Counted from the first letter of the stretch, positions 20,447 through 31,373 are shown. The stretch is 64,000 nucleotides of DNA from Candidatus Marinacidobacterales bacterium (GCA_965224085.1 CBDCYI010000004.1:768001-832000); one strand, 5' to 3'. The notes: generated by a model not told the origin, from the letters alone. Numbers and translations are program-made.

Positions 20447-20917
20447 TTAGGTTCTCCTACGCTGCCCCTTCGCTTTCAAATACCGCGCCGCGCTTTGCAA
20501 CACGAGCTCGCGCAGGTTGGGGTCTTCGATCCCAGATGCCAAAGCACAGAGCTCTGCGGGCGGCACGAGATGCGCGCGCTCACCTACGTCCTCCACCACA
20601 GTCTCAGGCAGACCGTGCAAACGACTTCTTTTGGTAAAGTTGATCCGCCGCACCAAAGTCATCCCCAGCGCGCGGTTGAGCTTCGGCATGATGCGATTTT
20701 GCAAGCGATAGATCATTTTGCCCCAAACGACGTCGGTGACGCGCACTGTCAAGACGCCTTGGCTCAGTGCTTCCGGCTCGGAGCGCCGCGCGAACTCAAG
20801 GCCGACGACATCCACCCATCGTCGAGCTACGAACTCTACCGAATAAACGCGCTCTTTCGCTACTTTCGGCAACGCGTGGCTAAGAACATCCTTGAGCGAA
20901 GCATGTTCTCGGCGCAC
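20447..20917 (-). CDS. DUF721/DciA family protein
   Basis: [22 protein letters not shown]...VW, IMPKLN..LG...VRRINF. Confidence 0.75.
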   Translation of the reverse strand: MRREHASLKDVLSHALPKVAKERVYSVEFVARRWVDVVGLEFARRSEPEALSQGVLTVRVTDVVWGKMIYRLQNRIMPKLNRALGMTLVRRINFTKRSRLHGLPETVVEDVGERAHLVPPAELCALASGIEDPNLRELVLQSAARYLKAKGQRRRT

Positions 20918-20937
20918 GTTGTTATTATGTCACGAGC

Positions 20938-22326
20938 ATGATCGCCGCGATGATCCTCGCCGCTGGTGAATCGCGGCGTATGGGCTCACCGAAAGCCCTG
21001 CTTCCTTTCCCCGAGCCCGCTGGCACGGAAAACACGTTTCTTGGCCACTTGCTCCAGGTTTTTGGCGCGACGCGTGCGAAGCCCATCATCGTGGTGGTTG
21101 GCCACCACGCGGAGAAGCTTCGTCGTGAATTCGACTTCAGCAACGCTCGCGTCGTCGTGAACGAAAGCTATCGCGACGGCATGCTGTCTTCCATTCTTGC
21201 CGGGCTCGAAGCCTTGTCGGGCGAGCCCGTCGACGGTGCGCTCATCTGTCCCGTCGACCATCCCGATGTCAGCCCTGCGGTCGTCGGCACGCTCATCGCT
21301 CGCTTCGAGCGTGAGCGGCCTCCCATCGTCCTCCCAACGTTCCAGGGACGCCGCGGACACCCCGTGTTGTTCTCGAGCGCCGTTTTCTCGGAGCTTCACG
21401 CCGCCCCCAAGGGGGTTGGCGCGCGCCGAGTCGTGTGGGATCATCAAGAGGATCTCGTAGAAGTGGAAGTTTCGCACGGGGGCGTGACGATCGATGTCGA
21501 CACGCCGGGGGACTACCGTGCTTTCCGAAAGATATCGGTGGTGGACACACTCTCGCAATTGACATTGAGCCTTTCGAAAGAGCTCGAGCGGCTCGAAGTG
21601 CGTGGCGCGCGCTCGCTCGCCGCCGCGGATCGCGAGCGTGATCGCGCGCTTCTCGAAAGTCCCGCCAAGAGCGTTTTGACTCGCTACCACCGAGGTCTCG
21701 AAAAGGCGAAGGTCGCCCATTTGCGCGCCATCGACGACGCGGAAGCCGTGCGGGGGCAGGAGATCGTGGCCGCCGAAGAAAAGCGGCGGCGTGACGCGCT
21801 TCGCGAGGAGCGGAAGTTTCGCGACGCGCGGCGAAAAGCGGACATCAAGAAGCGCGAGGCGACGCAAAAAGCGCGCAAGACGTGGCGCGAAGCTGTCAAG
21901 AACGCACGTAAGAGCCGTCTCGCACAACGTCGCCAGATGCGAAAAGCCGCCGACGAGGCGCTCGAAAAAGCGCTCGACGAGGTGCGCGAGAATTACAACG
22001 AGTCCATCGAGGACGCTCGCCTCGCCCACCGCGCGGCGCTCCAAGACGACCTCGTCGACGAACGGCTCGCCGTCGAAAAGGCCCGCCGGAAATCCGAGCG
22101 GCTCATCACCGGCGCCGCCATCGCCCATGAGCGCGCGGTGGCGCAAGAAGAAGCCCGGCTGCGAAGCGAGCTCGTCCGCCACCCCGAAGCGCGGCTCACG
22201 CAGGAAGAGCACGATCGACGTGTCCACGAGCTGCGTCAAGCATCCGACGCGGAGAAGGAATCGCTCTTCCGCGCGTTCACGCGCGAGCGCCGCCAGCAGA
22301 GAACGACACGCCGCCGAAAAAAATAG
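20938..22326 (+). CDS. MocA-like nucleotidyltransferase continuous with a long coiled-coil region
   Basis: ILAAGESRRMGSPKALL, GMLSSI, PVDHP, GHPVLF, DVDTPGDY (to ~21530), then ~260 aa charged helical region. Confidence 0.8.
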   Translation: MIAAMILAAGESRRMGSPKALLPFPEPAGTENTFLGHLLQVFGATRAKPIIVVVGHHAEKLRREFDFSNARVVVNESYRDGMLSSILAGLEALSGEPVDGALICPVDHPDVSPAVVGTLIARFERERPPIVLPTFQGRRGHPVLFSSAVFSELHAAPKGVGARRVVWDHQEDLVEVEVSHGGVTIDVDTPGDYRAFRKISVVDTLSQLTLSLSKELERLEVRGARSLAAADRERDRALLESPAKSVLTRYHRGLEKAKVAHLRAIDDAEAVRGQEIVAAEEKRRRDALREERKFRDARRKADIKKREATQKARKTWREAVKNARKSRLAQRRQMRKAADEALEKALDEVRENYNESIEDARLAHRAALQDDLVDERLAVEKARRKSERLITGAAIAHERAVAQEEARLRSELVRHPEARLTQEEHDRRVHELRQASDAEKESLFRAFTRERRQQRTTRRRKK

Positions 22327-22361
22327 ATCACCGTGCGCGAGCGCGATAGGATTGCGCGCTC

Positions 22362-22946
22362 ATGAAACCTACGCCCGTGATCCTCGCCTCGTCGTCGCCA
22401 CGCCGCGCTTCTTTGTTGAAAGCGCTCGGTATCCCGTTCCGACGTGTCGCGCCCGATGTGAACGAGACGCGCCGGCCCGGTGAATCCGTGCGCCGCTACG
22501 TACAGCGGCTCGCTATCGAGAAAGCGCTCGCCGTAGCGAAAACACGCCCCCACTCTTGGGTCATCGCCGGCGACACGACCGTCGTCCTCGACGAATCGCT
22601 GCTCGGGAAACCGCGCAACGAGCGCGAAGCCCGAAAGATGCTCCGTCAACTCTCCGGCCGCAGTCATCGTGTTCTGAGCGGTATCGCGCTCGTTCGCGGC
22701 GATCGCGATTCGATCCAAAGCGCGATCTCGTCGACGCGGGTCACGTTTCGCCCGTTATCGGACGACGTGATCCGCTGGTATGTGCGCACCGGCGAGCCTC
22801 TCGACAAAGCGGGTGCCTACGGCGTGCAAGAAAAAGGCGGGATGCTCATAGCGAGCATCGACGGCTCTTACTCGAACGTCGTCGGCTTTCCGCTCGAGAA
22901 GTTCTACGACCTCTGGGAAGCGGCAGGCTTGCCGCTTCCCGCCTGA
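22362..22946 (+). CDS. maf: Maf nucleoside triphosphate pyrophosphatase
   Basis: ILASSSPRR, DTTVV, LGKP, EPLDKAGAYG, GSYSNVVGFP. Confidence 0.93.
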   Translation: MKPTPVILASSSPRRASLLKALGIPFRRVAPDVNETRRPGESVRRYVQRLAIEKALAVAKTRPHSWVIAGDTTVVLDESLLGKPRNEREARKMLRQLSGRSHRVLSGIALVRGDRDSIQSAISSTRVTFRPLSDDVIRWYVRTGEPLDKAGAYGVQEKGGMLIASIDGSYSNVVGFPLEKFYDLWEAAGLPLPA

Positions 22947-23533
22947 GGCACCCAGTTCAATAACTCTAGCCGCGGCCCGCGCCGGCTGAAACGGATCCAG
23001 CTTATCGAGCCGTTGTCACAGGCGAGGCGTCGAAAGCTAGCGAGCTCCAGTTCTAAATAGTGCGCGATGAGCACGCGCAGCGGATCGCCATGCGAGACGA
23101 TCATGAGCGTTTGCTCTGTTCTCGTTTCGAAAAGACGTTCGGCCGCTGCGGCGCTTCGGTTTTGTACCTCAGCGATGGGCTCGATGAGCTCAGAGCGGTG
23201 GGTCGGGTCCTCGATCACGCGTTCGAGCTCGCTATCCCCCCGGAGCTCTACGACGGTCTTGCCTTTCCATGCATCCGAAAGCCACACTTCGTCGAAGCCG
23301 GGCTCAACGAGGACAGAAAGCCCGCGTGGCGCCGCGATAGGCTCGGCGGTCTGCCTAGCTCTCGGTTGCGGGCTCGAATAAACGGCGTCGATCGAGACGT
23401 GTGCCAACGCTTCCGCAACGCACTCTGCTTGCACACGTCCACGCGCGTTGATGTCGAGATCGACGCGCCCCATGAGACGGCCGTCCTCGTTCCAATCCGT
23501 GACACCGTAGCGGACAAGAACGAGGCTCTTCAT
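22904..23533 (-). CDS. Histidine phosphatase family protein with RHG replaced by RYG
   Basis: LVRYGVTDWN, YSSPQPRARQTA, VSHGDPLR, DNGSIS. Confidence 0.85.
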   Translation of the reverse strand: MKSLVLVRYGVTDWNEDGRLMGRVDLDINARGRVQAECVAEALAHVSIDAVYSSPQPRARQTAEPIAAPRGLSVLVEPGFDEVWLSDAWKGKTVVELRGDSELERVIEDPTHRSELIEPIAEVQNRSAAAAERLFETRTEQTLMIVSHGDPLRVLIAHYLELELASFRRLACDNGSISWIRFSRRGPRLELLNWVPQAGSGKPAASQRS

Positions 23534-23536
23534 GGC

Positions 23537-23707
23537 TCAAAGTCTGAAAAAGCGCTCGTTGCCTTCATCGCCAGTGAGCCGCAAAGGCCCACGCCCGTTA
23601 ACGTCCACAACGAAAATATCCTACTGCTCCCACTGCTCAGTGCCGCCGTGAACGACGGTCGAGGCCATCGCGAGCAATAATCCGTCGGAGGAGAACAAAG
23701 GGCGATG
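23537..23707 (-). pseudogene. PD40/TolB repeat remnant
   Basis: Manual translation HRPLFSSDGLLLAMAS..EQ*DIFVVDVNGRGPLRLTGDEGNER; in-frame TAG. Confidence 0.5.
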
Positions 23708-23744
23708 GCAAGGGCGAGAGAGGACGCTCGAGCTCCGATCGCGA

Positions 23745-24557
23745 TCAGTCCCTGAGCTCAGTGGAGAGAACGCTGAGCTGAAACAGCTCGAGGTTTCTCA
23801 TGGACTTCTTGAAAAAGCCCGCATATTCGAGCGCGGACGCATCCTGTTGGACCATGACAACCGCTTCCCTCCCGTCGCTGACGTCGACCGAGAACGATCG
23901 CGAAACGACGTCGACCCAGCGCTCGAACGATCGGTCACCTTCATTGACCTCGTAGAGCATTCGAATGAGCTCGCGTTCCGAGCTCGCCGAGGGCGGCAAA
24001 TCGATACGGAGCGACACCTCCCCTTCCTCGGCTTCGAGAACGGAGCACTGGAAGCCATCCAGAGTCTCGACGAGCAGAGCGTCGGTCGGGGAGAACGTGA
24101 ACGAGTTGTAGAGCGTACCGCCATCCACCGTGTCGGGCTTCTCGTCGTCGAACGTGCATGCGCGGGCGTTGCCGATATGGATCCTCAACCTTATTCTCGT
24201 ATCCGTCGCGTTGTCGCTTCCGGTCTCGAACGCGTACCAGAACGAGCGACCGCTCAGACGGAGTGAGATGACGCGGCCATCACGCACAATGGTCTCTGCG
24301 GGTGCAGCGTCCGGCTGCACGTTTCCCGAGACTTCCGTCCCCGTCGCCCCGGCATCCTCGTAGTCGATGCGCTGGATGTCCTTTTTCGAGATGACGAGCT
24401 CGCCGTAGGCGGTCTCGAGCGTGATGACCATGTTGTTCGCCGCCACGAGCTCACCATGCAAGACGTCTCCGTTGTTCAGATAGACGACCTCGGCCGGCGA
24501 GAGGGCGGAGGCGGCCAAGATCAACACGATCCAGTACGCCCCGCGTATTCTTGACAT
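23745..24557 (-). CDS. Secreted hypothetical protein
   Basis: Signal peptide, VYLNNGDVLHGELV N-terminal beta domain; acidic. Confidence 0.75.
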   Translation of the reverse strand: MSRIRGAYWIVLILAASALSPAEVVYLNNGDVLHGELVAANNMVITLETAYGELVISKKDIQRIDYEDAGATGTEVSGNVQPDAAPAETIVRDGRVISLRLSGRSFWYAFETGSDNATDTRIRLRIHIGNARACTFDDEKPDTVDGGTLYNSFTFSPTDALLVETLDGFQCSVLEAEEGEVSLRIDLPPSASSERELIRMLYEVNEGDRSFERWVDVVSRSFSVDVSDGREAVVMVQQDASALEYAGFFKKSMRNLELFQLSVLSTELRD

Positions 24558-24610
24558 AGTTTTTCTTTGTCGCCGAAAAACGCATTATAGCCCGTGGTAG
24601 CCTTCTGGAC

Positions 24611-25278
24611 ATGTACCGCGACCTCCAAACCATGGCGCTAACGGCCGGATATTTCGCTGTCCTGCTCGTGCTGGTAGAGACCTTGCGTCGTCGCGTCCAT
24701 GTCGCGTCGGACGTCACGCGCAAGATCTTCCTCATGGGGACCGGGGCTTGGGCGCTCGTCGCCGTACGTGTGTTCGAAGATAAAGGCTCCGCCGTGCTCG
24801 TGTATGCGGCGCTCGCAGTACTTCTCTATCTCTCGTTTCGTTTCGAGCTCTTCGCTGGTATCGAGGATTCTGGTCCGAGCCTCGGCACCGTCTTTCTAGC
24901 GCTGGCGGCTGCGTCGCTCCTGCTTTGTTCTGGGGTGGGCGCATCGAGATAGGCGTCGCCGCCGTCGTTGCCGCTGTTTTTGGAGACGCGGCGGCGGCGC
25001 TCGTGGGGAGGCGCTTTGGGACGCGGAAATTCCGCTCCTTCGCTCACATGCGGAGCATGGAAGGCACGCTCGCGATGTTCCTCGTCTCCGGTCTCGTAAT
25101 GGCCCCGATTCTCGCGGGCTCGGGCGGGCTCGGCTGGCACCAGGCCGTCGCATTCTCTCTCATCACCGCCACCGTGGCGGCTTCGGTCGAGGCCGGCTCG
25201 GCCTACGGAGTGGACAATCTGACGGTGCCGCTCGCGGCCGCGGCCACCCTCGTTCTCCTGTTTCGGTTCACTCAGTAA
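24611..25278 (+). CDS. Phytol/dolichol kinase (CTP-dependent, polyprenol kinase family); frameshift ~24925
   Basis: TRKIFLMGTG, GDAAAALVGRRFG, RSMEGTLAMF, GVDNLTVP; split over two ORFs. Confidence 0.8.
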
Positions 25279-25490
25279 CGCTCGACAGCAATACTTTCTG
25301 GCTCCGCCGCGATCGGCTCCGCCGCGAGAAGGACCGTCCCGTTGATGGGCAAGAAGGCCTCGAACAAGCGCTCTTTCACTTCGAGCGCAATCTCGTAATA
25401 GCCGCTTTCATGAACTTGAACGAGCTTGCCCTTCGCCCCTTTGACTCCGAGCGCTTCATTGTAAACCCGTACATGACTTTGAAGGTCCAT
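25272..25490 (-). CDS. Small hypothetical protein
   Basis: 72 aa, RBS AAAGGGA, plausible beta-rich composition. Confidence 0.65.
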   Translation of the reverse strand: MDLQSHVRVYNEALGVKGAKGKLVQVHESGYYEIALEVKERLFEAFLPINGTVLLAAEPIAAEPESIAVERY

Positions 25491-25561
25491 GACGTCCCTT
25501 TCGCGTAAGCTAACTACTCAATGGGCTTTATCCGTCATTTTAGGCAACGCCTCGGGACCCG

Positions 25562-26885
25562 TCAACCGAGCTGCGCGAGTATCTTCTCCACGATGGTGAG
25601 CCCCTGGTCGATGTCTTCTTTCGAGACGGTCAAAGCGGGCCGGAAGCGCACCGAGCATGTCCCGCAGCCGAGCAGAAGCAGACCATGGTCGAAGGCGAGC
25701 TTCAAGAAACGATTACGCACGTCGCCGCTCTTGAGATCGAAAGCACACATGAGGCCGCGGCCGCGGACGTTTACGACCTGCCCGCTTCGCTCGGCCGCGC
25801 AGGCATGGAGCTTGTCGAGCAGATAGCCTCCGACGTCGCGCGCGTTGTCAACAAGGCTGTCTTGCTCGATGATCTCGAGGTAGCGGCCGAACCGCACCAT
25901 GTCGACGAGATTGCCACCCCACGTCGAGTTGATGCGCGTCGATTCGGAGAATACGTTGTGCTCCACTTCGTCGATCCGGGAGCCGGCAAGAATCCCGCAC
26001 ACTTGGGTTTTCTTGCCGAAGCAAAGGATATCGGGCTCGAACCCATAATGCTGATAGGCCCACATTTTCCCCGTGAGGCCGACGCCCGTCTGCACTTCAT
26101 CGACGATGAACAGAAATTCGTTTTCGTCGGCGAGCTCGCGAAGCGTGTGAAAAAACTCAGGACGGAAATGACCGTCGCCGCCCTCGCCTTGAATCGGCTC
26201 GATGATGAGCCCGGCAATGTCGTCAGGGTTTTCGACAAGGGCCTGCTTGATTTGCTCGATGGCCTTTTTCTCTGCCGCGGCGACGGCCTCTACATGGTCC
26301 GCGAGCGGGAACGTGATCTTGGGGTTTTTGATGCGCGGCCAGTCGAACTTCGGGAAATACAGGGTCTTGCGCGGATCGGCTGTGTTCGTCAACGAAAGCG
26401 AATAGCCCGTGCGCCCGTGAAAGGCTTCTTGGAAGTGGAGGATCTTCTGGCCTTTATCACCCGAGACGCCGTTTTTCGCGTTGAAGCGCACTTTCCAGTC
26501 GAACGCGGTTTTGAGAGCGTTCTCTACAGCAACCGAGCCCCCCCGCAACCATGAACAGACGTGGTAGGGAATCCGGAATGGCCACCCGAGCGAACGTGTC
26601 GACGAACTCTGCCATCGGGATCGTGTAGATGTCGGAGTTGCTCGGATTGTGAATCGCCACCTCCGCCATCCGTTTCATGAAGTCCGGCTCACGCATCTTG
26701 GGATGGTTGATGCCGACCGGGTTCGTTGCCAAGAAAGAGAAGAAATCCAAGAAACGGCGGCCTGCGCGGCTGTCGTAGATATACGAGCCTTGACTTCGCT
26801 CCAGGTCGAAGACGAGGTCGAATCCATCGACCAGCATGTGCTTTTCGAGCGTACCGCGTACATCGGTGGGCTTCATCGTCAACAT
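25562..26885 (-). CDS. lat: L-lysine 6-transaminase; +1 frameshift in a G7 run at ~26540
   Basis: KHMLVDGFDLVFDL, NPSNSDIY, AVENALKTAFDWK, EPIQGEGGD, DEVQTG, FGKKTQV, RINSTWGG. Confidence 0.9.
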
Positions 26886-27108
26886 CGGTGTCTCCTCTTA
26901 TTCGTGGGGATTTGCCGCACGCGAATCGAGCCTGTCAAAATCTCAGTAGCGCTCGGGCAATGATGTTCCGGAGTCGCTAGGTACCCCGATCGAAGGCTCT
27001 ACGTCGCCCCGTAGAGGTAGATCTGAAACATGACCCGATTATGCTGCTTCGTCATGGCTTGGGTTATTTTAGCATTTCCCGTGGCCCCGCCGCCCGGGGC
27101 TCTCGCTT

Positions 27109-27137
27109 TTGCGTCCGCAGCGCGGCATCGATATAAT
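27109..27137 (+). promoter_or_regulatory. sigma70 promoter
   Basis: TTGCGT-N17-TATAAT upstream of the cNMP-DUF4388 gene. Confidence 0.65.
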
Positions 27138-27154
27138 CCTGGGTTCTCTACGTT

Positions 27155-28186
27155 TTGCATGCCTTGGAGCGTATGACCGCGGCCAATTTTAGCGAGCTGG
27201 ACGACATTGGCTTTCTCCGCGAGACCGCTCTGTTTCGGGACATGCCGGAATCTGTGATCCAGACGATCATGACGCAGGGCCGAACGCTCGAGTTCGGCAC
27301 CGGGCAGCTCGTCGTTAAACAGAAGACCCGGGGCGATAGCCTATTTGTCGTGAAATCGGGCGTGGTCGAGGTCGTTAATCCGGGGGAAGGCCCTCCCCTC
27401 GCTTATCTCGGGCGCGGGGAGAGCTTTGGCGAAATGGCGCTGCTAACGGACTCCGAAAGGAGCGCAGATGTTCGGGTGCCCCAGCAAGCCGAGCTTCTGG
27501 TCATCGATCGCGCGTTGTTCGACGACCTGATGACGAACTACTCGGGCTTTGCGGCGCAAATGGCCGTCATCCTCGCGCATCGGCTCGTCGCGGTCTTGGA
27601 GGACCTTCCCGAGCGCGACGTGAAGCGAGAGCTTCAGGGTGATCTCACCTTTTTCGACCTCGCTACGGTCGTGCAAACGCTCATCAGTTCTTCGCAGTCG
27701 GGCGTCATGACCCTTTCGGTCGATAAGGCGATGGTCGCGCAGCTTTTCTTCCGGAGCGGCAATATCTCTCGCGCGTATTACGGACACCGTCGCGGAGACG
27801 AAGCCGTGCACCATCTCTTCCAGGCGCTCCCCGGCGGCCACTTTTTGTTCGAGAACAGAGTCGACGACTCGGTTGTGGACGGACCCGATCCTGGAATCAC
27901 CGTGCCCGCCATGGCTTTGATGATGGACTCGGTGCGGCTCCAAGACGAGCTCAAGATCCTTCTCGAGGAATTGCCCGCCGACAAAACGCTTCTCGAGCGC
28001 AACGTGGATAAACTTGTCTGGGGCGAGGCCGAAGGCCAGGCGGACGCACACCAGGTCTGGGGGTGTCTACACGCGCCGATGACCGTAGGCGAGCTGTTCG
28101 ATCGCTCGCACGCATGCCATTTCCACACGGCGAGCATTATCGCCGCCTTGCTTCAGACGGAGCAGATCAGGCCCGTTTTGGGCTGA
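27155..28186 (+). CDS. Cyclic nucleotide-binding domain + DUF4388 protein
   Basis: GESFGEMALL..ERSADV; LQGDLTFFDLATVVQTL..QSGVMTL; start may be ATG 27173. Confidence 0.85.
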   Translation: MHALERMTAANFSELDDIGFLRETALFRDMPESVIQTIMTQGRTLEFGTGQLVVKQKTRGDSLFVVKSGVVEVVNPGEGPPLAYLGRGESFGEMALLTDSERSADVRVPQQAELLVIDRALFDDLMTNYSGFAAQMAVILAHRLVAVLEDLPERDVKRELQGDLTFFDLATVVQTLISSSQSGVMTLSVDKAMVAQLFFRSGNISRAYYGHRRGDEAVHHLFQALPGGHFLFENRVDDSVVDGPDPGITVPAMALMMDSVRLQDELKILLEELPADKTLLERNVDKLVWGEAEGQADAHQVWGCLHAPMTVGELFDRSHACHFHTASIIAALLQTEQIRPVLG

Positions 28187-28207
28187 CGATTCGGGAGGCC
28201 TCCTCGT

Positions 28208-29104
28208 ATGAACTCGAAGCTCATCGGCACGCTTGGTTGCGCGCTCGTCATCCTCAGTCTCAGCGGCCCCGTCACCACCCCAACCGCACACGGCGCGAAC
28301 GTCCCCAATAATCTTGTCGTGGACTTTAGGCTGTTCGAAGCTCGCAGCACTTCACCCGATTTTAAAACGATGGAGTCGCTCGCCTTTTTCATCGATACCG
28401 ATGGGGCGGGGGTGACGGATCGCCAGTGGCTCGCGACCATCGCGGGCAAAGTTCCCGACTCTTTTCTCGCGACCCTGATGACGGAAACGGTAAAGGTCAA
28501 AGGTGGCGCGGCTCTTTTCAAAGTGGACAAGAGGTCCCGCAGCTTCGAGACACGCGTCGACCTTAGCGAGTTTCTCGAGCGCGGCACGTTCGACGCTACC
28601 GCGACCGGCGAGCTCAAGCGTCGGAACGAATCGGAGCGCTCGTTCGAGCAGACGATCGAGCTCCGCGCTGGCAGGACGTCCGTCGTGAGCGGACGCGGCT
28701 TCGAGCTTTCCGCGAGCGAGTACTTGTCGCACTTTCGCGATTACAGCGACGGCGACAATCGGCGCAACGTCTATGACCGGCTTCGAAACTTCGGCGTCTT
28801 TCTGATCTTGGCGGTGACACTGCGCCTCGAAGAGGAGCCAGGGGGCGAGGCTCCCATCACGCTGTCGCTTCCACCCGATGTCGAGTTGCCCGTTCTCGAG
28901 AGCCCTCTCGACGTCCGCCTCGTCGGCACGGTCGAGCTCGAGCTCGATATCGATGCGAGCGGGGCGCCCGAGGACGTCAAGATCGTGCGCTCCTCCATTC
29001 CAGAAGTGAATCCGCGCCTTCTGGGCGAAGCCTCCAAGTGGCGATTTCCGAACGCGGCGGGCGCGACCGGAAGAATCGTTCTCGAGCTCGTCGCCGAGCC
29101 CTAG
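28208..29104 (+). CDS. Exported protein with C-terminal TonB-like domain
   Basis: Signal peptide; GTVELELDIDASG.PEDVKIVRSS..ASKWRF. Confidence 0.65.
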   Translation: MNSKLIGTLGCALVILSLSGPVTTPTAHGANVPNNLVVDFRLFEARSTSPDFKTMESLAFFIDTDGAGVTDRQWLATIAGKVPDSFLATLMTETVKVKGGAALFKVDKRSRSFETRVDLSEFLERGTFDATATGELKRRNESERSFEQTIELRAGRTSVVSGRGFELSASEYLSHFRDYSDGDNRRNVYDRLRNFGVFLILAVTLRLEEEPGGEAPITLSLPPDVELPVLESPLDVRLVGTVELELDIDASGAPEDVKIVRSSIPEVNPRLLGEASKWRFPNAAGATGRIVLELVAEP

Positions 29105-29177
29105 AGCGCTCAATCACCGTTTTACTGGCCTTCGCTTGTGGGCGCTTTCGCGTCATGCTATTTTCCGCTTAACTCTC

Positions 29178-30488
29178 ATGGGAACGACGTTATCGCCCGA
29201 CCAGCTGGTGATGGTCACTATCCTAGTCAAGCTGGGCGTCATGGCCTCGATCGCGAGCCTCTTGATTCGCTTCGGTGCCTTCAAGAGCCTTCTCTACAAA
29301 ACAGAGCTCTCGCTCAAGGAAAAGCTCATCTTCGCGCTTCTATCGGGGATGCTCTTGTCTTCGGGGGTCATTGTCCGTCTTCTCTTGAACTACGGCGCGG
29401 CCGATTTGTCGCTCTCGGGCACGGTGCTCGTCGGCTTGCTCGCGGGCCCTTTGACGGGCGCGGCCGTGGGTCTCATGGTGGGTGCGCCCGCCGCGTTCAA
29501 CGGCGCGCTCCTCGCGTTGCCGCTCGGGGTGCTCTACGGTGTGAGCGGCGGTATCGTTCGTGAGCTGTGTCGTAAAGAAGATATATGGAGCTTTTCACCG
29601 CTCATCTTCTTGAACCTCTACCGGATCGGTAAGACCGCCATACGAGACCGCATCTTCGATTGGCAGGTCGTCATTTTCGCGGTCACACTCGCGCTCGAAT
29701 CGTTGCGCATCTTCGTCGGCTCGGAGTTTCCCGGTTTCATCTTCCATCTGTCGTCGCAGAATCCTTGGGTCATGCTCGCCATTTACACCAGCACGCTGGC
29801 GGCGCTCGGCATTCCTTTGAAGATTTGGAACAACGTCCGGCTCGAGCGCAAGCTCGCTGAGCAGGAAGTGCTCGTGGTCCGGGCGCGACTCCAAGCGCTC
29901 TCGAGCCAGATCAATCCCCACTTTCTGTTCAATACGTTGAACTCTATTGCGTCGGCGACACGCACCAACCCGGAGGTCGCGAGGCGTCTCATCCGTAAGC
30001 TTTCGAGCATTCTGAGAAAGCTTCTTCAAGAGCAGGAGCACTTCGTACCGCTCAAAGAAGAGCTCGAGTTCATCGACTCCTATCTCGACATCGAGTCAGT
30101 CCGCTTCGGCGCGGGCAAGCTCGTCGTCGAGAAAGAAGTCGAGGACAACACACTCAACACCCTCGTGCCGTCGATGATCATCCAGCCTCTCGTCGAGAAT
30201 GCCGTCAAGCACGGCATCTCGACCCGGCTCGAGGGCGGGCGCATCGTGATCCGCGCCCGGCGCGGGATGGGCGCCGTCATCATCGAGATCGAAGATAATG
30301 GTGACGGCCTCCCGCAAGGCGAGCGCGCCGCCGAAGGCCACGGGATCGGCATCGCGAACGTAAACGAACGACTGAACGTCATCTATGGCGAGCCGTACAA
30401 GATCGAGCTCGTGAGCGCTCCCGATGAGGGCACCGTGGCGCGCATCGAGATCCCGGACGTCGATATCTCCCATTTGCGAGCGAGCTGA
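29178..30488 (+). CDS. LytS/YehU-type sensor histidine kinase
   Basis: Membrane domain, LSSQINPHFLFNTLN, QPLVENAVKHG, DNGDG, GIGIANVNERL. Confidence 0.92.
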   Translation: MGTTLSPDQLVMVTILVKLGVMASIASLLIRFGAFKSLLYKTELSLKEKLIFALLSGMLLSSGVIVRLLLNYGAADLSLSGTVLVGLLAGPLTGAAVGLMVGAPAAFNGALLALPLGVLYGVSGGIVRELCRKEDIWSFSPLIFLNLYRIGKTAIRDRIFDWQVVIFAVTLALESLRIFVGSEFPGFIFHLSSQNPWVMLAIYTSTLAALGIPLKIWNNVRLERKLAEQEVLVVRARLQALSSQINPHFLFNTLNSIASATRTNPEVARRLIRKLSSILRKLLQEQEHFVPLKEELEFIDSYLDIESVRFGAGKLVVEKEVEDNTLNTLVPSMIIQPLVENAVKHGISTRLEGGRIVIRARRGMGAVIIEIEDNGDGLPQGERAAEGHGIGIANVNERLNVIYGEPYKIELVSAPDEGTVARIEIPDVDISHLRAS

Positions 30489-30538
30489 CTAGTGGCCTCG
30501 AGCTTTATGCAACGAACCACTGAAAGAGGACACTACCC

Positions 30539-31300
30539 GTGAGCGTACGTGCCCTCGTCGTGGACGACGAACAGCTCGCCCGAGAGGAGCTCTGTTTTCT
30601 TCTCGAATCGGTCCCGGAGGTTGAAGTCGTTGGCCAGGCGCAAAACGGCCTCGAGGCCGTCGCGCTCGTGGAACGGCTCGCTCCCGAGCTTTTGTTTCTC
30701 GACATCCAGATGCCAGGTCTCGACGGATTCCAAGTGGCGCGCGAGCTCATGGGCCGCGACGATCTCCCTCGATTCATCTTCGTGACGGCCTACGATCGCT
30801 ATGCGATCAAAGCCTTCGAAGTCAATGCCGTCGATTATCTGCTGAAGCCCGTCGACAAAACGCGACTGGGCGAGGCCGTATCGAGGATCACACACGAAAA
30901 AGAAGGGAAGCCCATTGCGAGCCAGCTCGAGCGGCTCCTCGGAGCCCTCGAACGGACAAATGCGCAAAAGCGCCTCGTCGTCAAAGCGGGGGACCGCTTC
31001 ATGCTCGTCGATGCCTCGGACGTCATCTATGCAATGGTTGAAGACGGTGTCGTGACGATCGCGACGGATCGGGTAACGGGCACGTCGAACGTGCGCACGC
31101 TCGACGAGCTCTCGGCATCGCTCGACGCGGACGTGTTCTGGCGCGTCCACCGCTCGTACATCGTGAATTTGCAACGCATCAAGGAAGTCGTCCCATGGTT
31201 CAACCGCACGATCCAGCTCAAGATGGCGGATCGGAACGAAACCGAGATTCCGGTATCGCGCTCCCACACGCGGCGCCTCAAAGAGCACTTGAACTTGTAG
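30539..31300 (+). CDS. LytTR response regulator
   Basis: VDDE, FLDIQMPG, VTAYD.YA, DYLLKP, FWRVHRSYIVN. Confidence 0.93.
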   Translation: MSVRALVVDDEQLAREELCFLLESVPEVEVVGQAQNGLEAVALVERLAPELLFLDIQMPGLDGFQVARELMGRDDLPRFIFVTAYDRYAIKAFEVNAVDYLLKPVDKTRLGEAVSRITHEKEGKPIASQLERLLGALERTNAQKRLVVKAGDRFMLVDASDVIYAMVEDGVVTIATDRVTGTSNVRTLDELSASLDADVFWRVHRSYIVNLQRIKEVVPWFNRTIQLKMADRNETEIPVSRSHTRRLKEHLNL

Positions 31301-31373
31301 CGGAACCGGTCAACGATCTTCCCACTCGCGGACGCCACCGGCCCTCGAATCACATTATTGCAGGGCGGGTTCG

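Noticed and set aside
26535-26550. lat as a pseudogene or phase-variable gene
   Set aside because: Single extra base in a homopolymer with both halves otherwise intact
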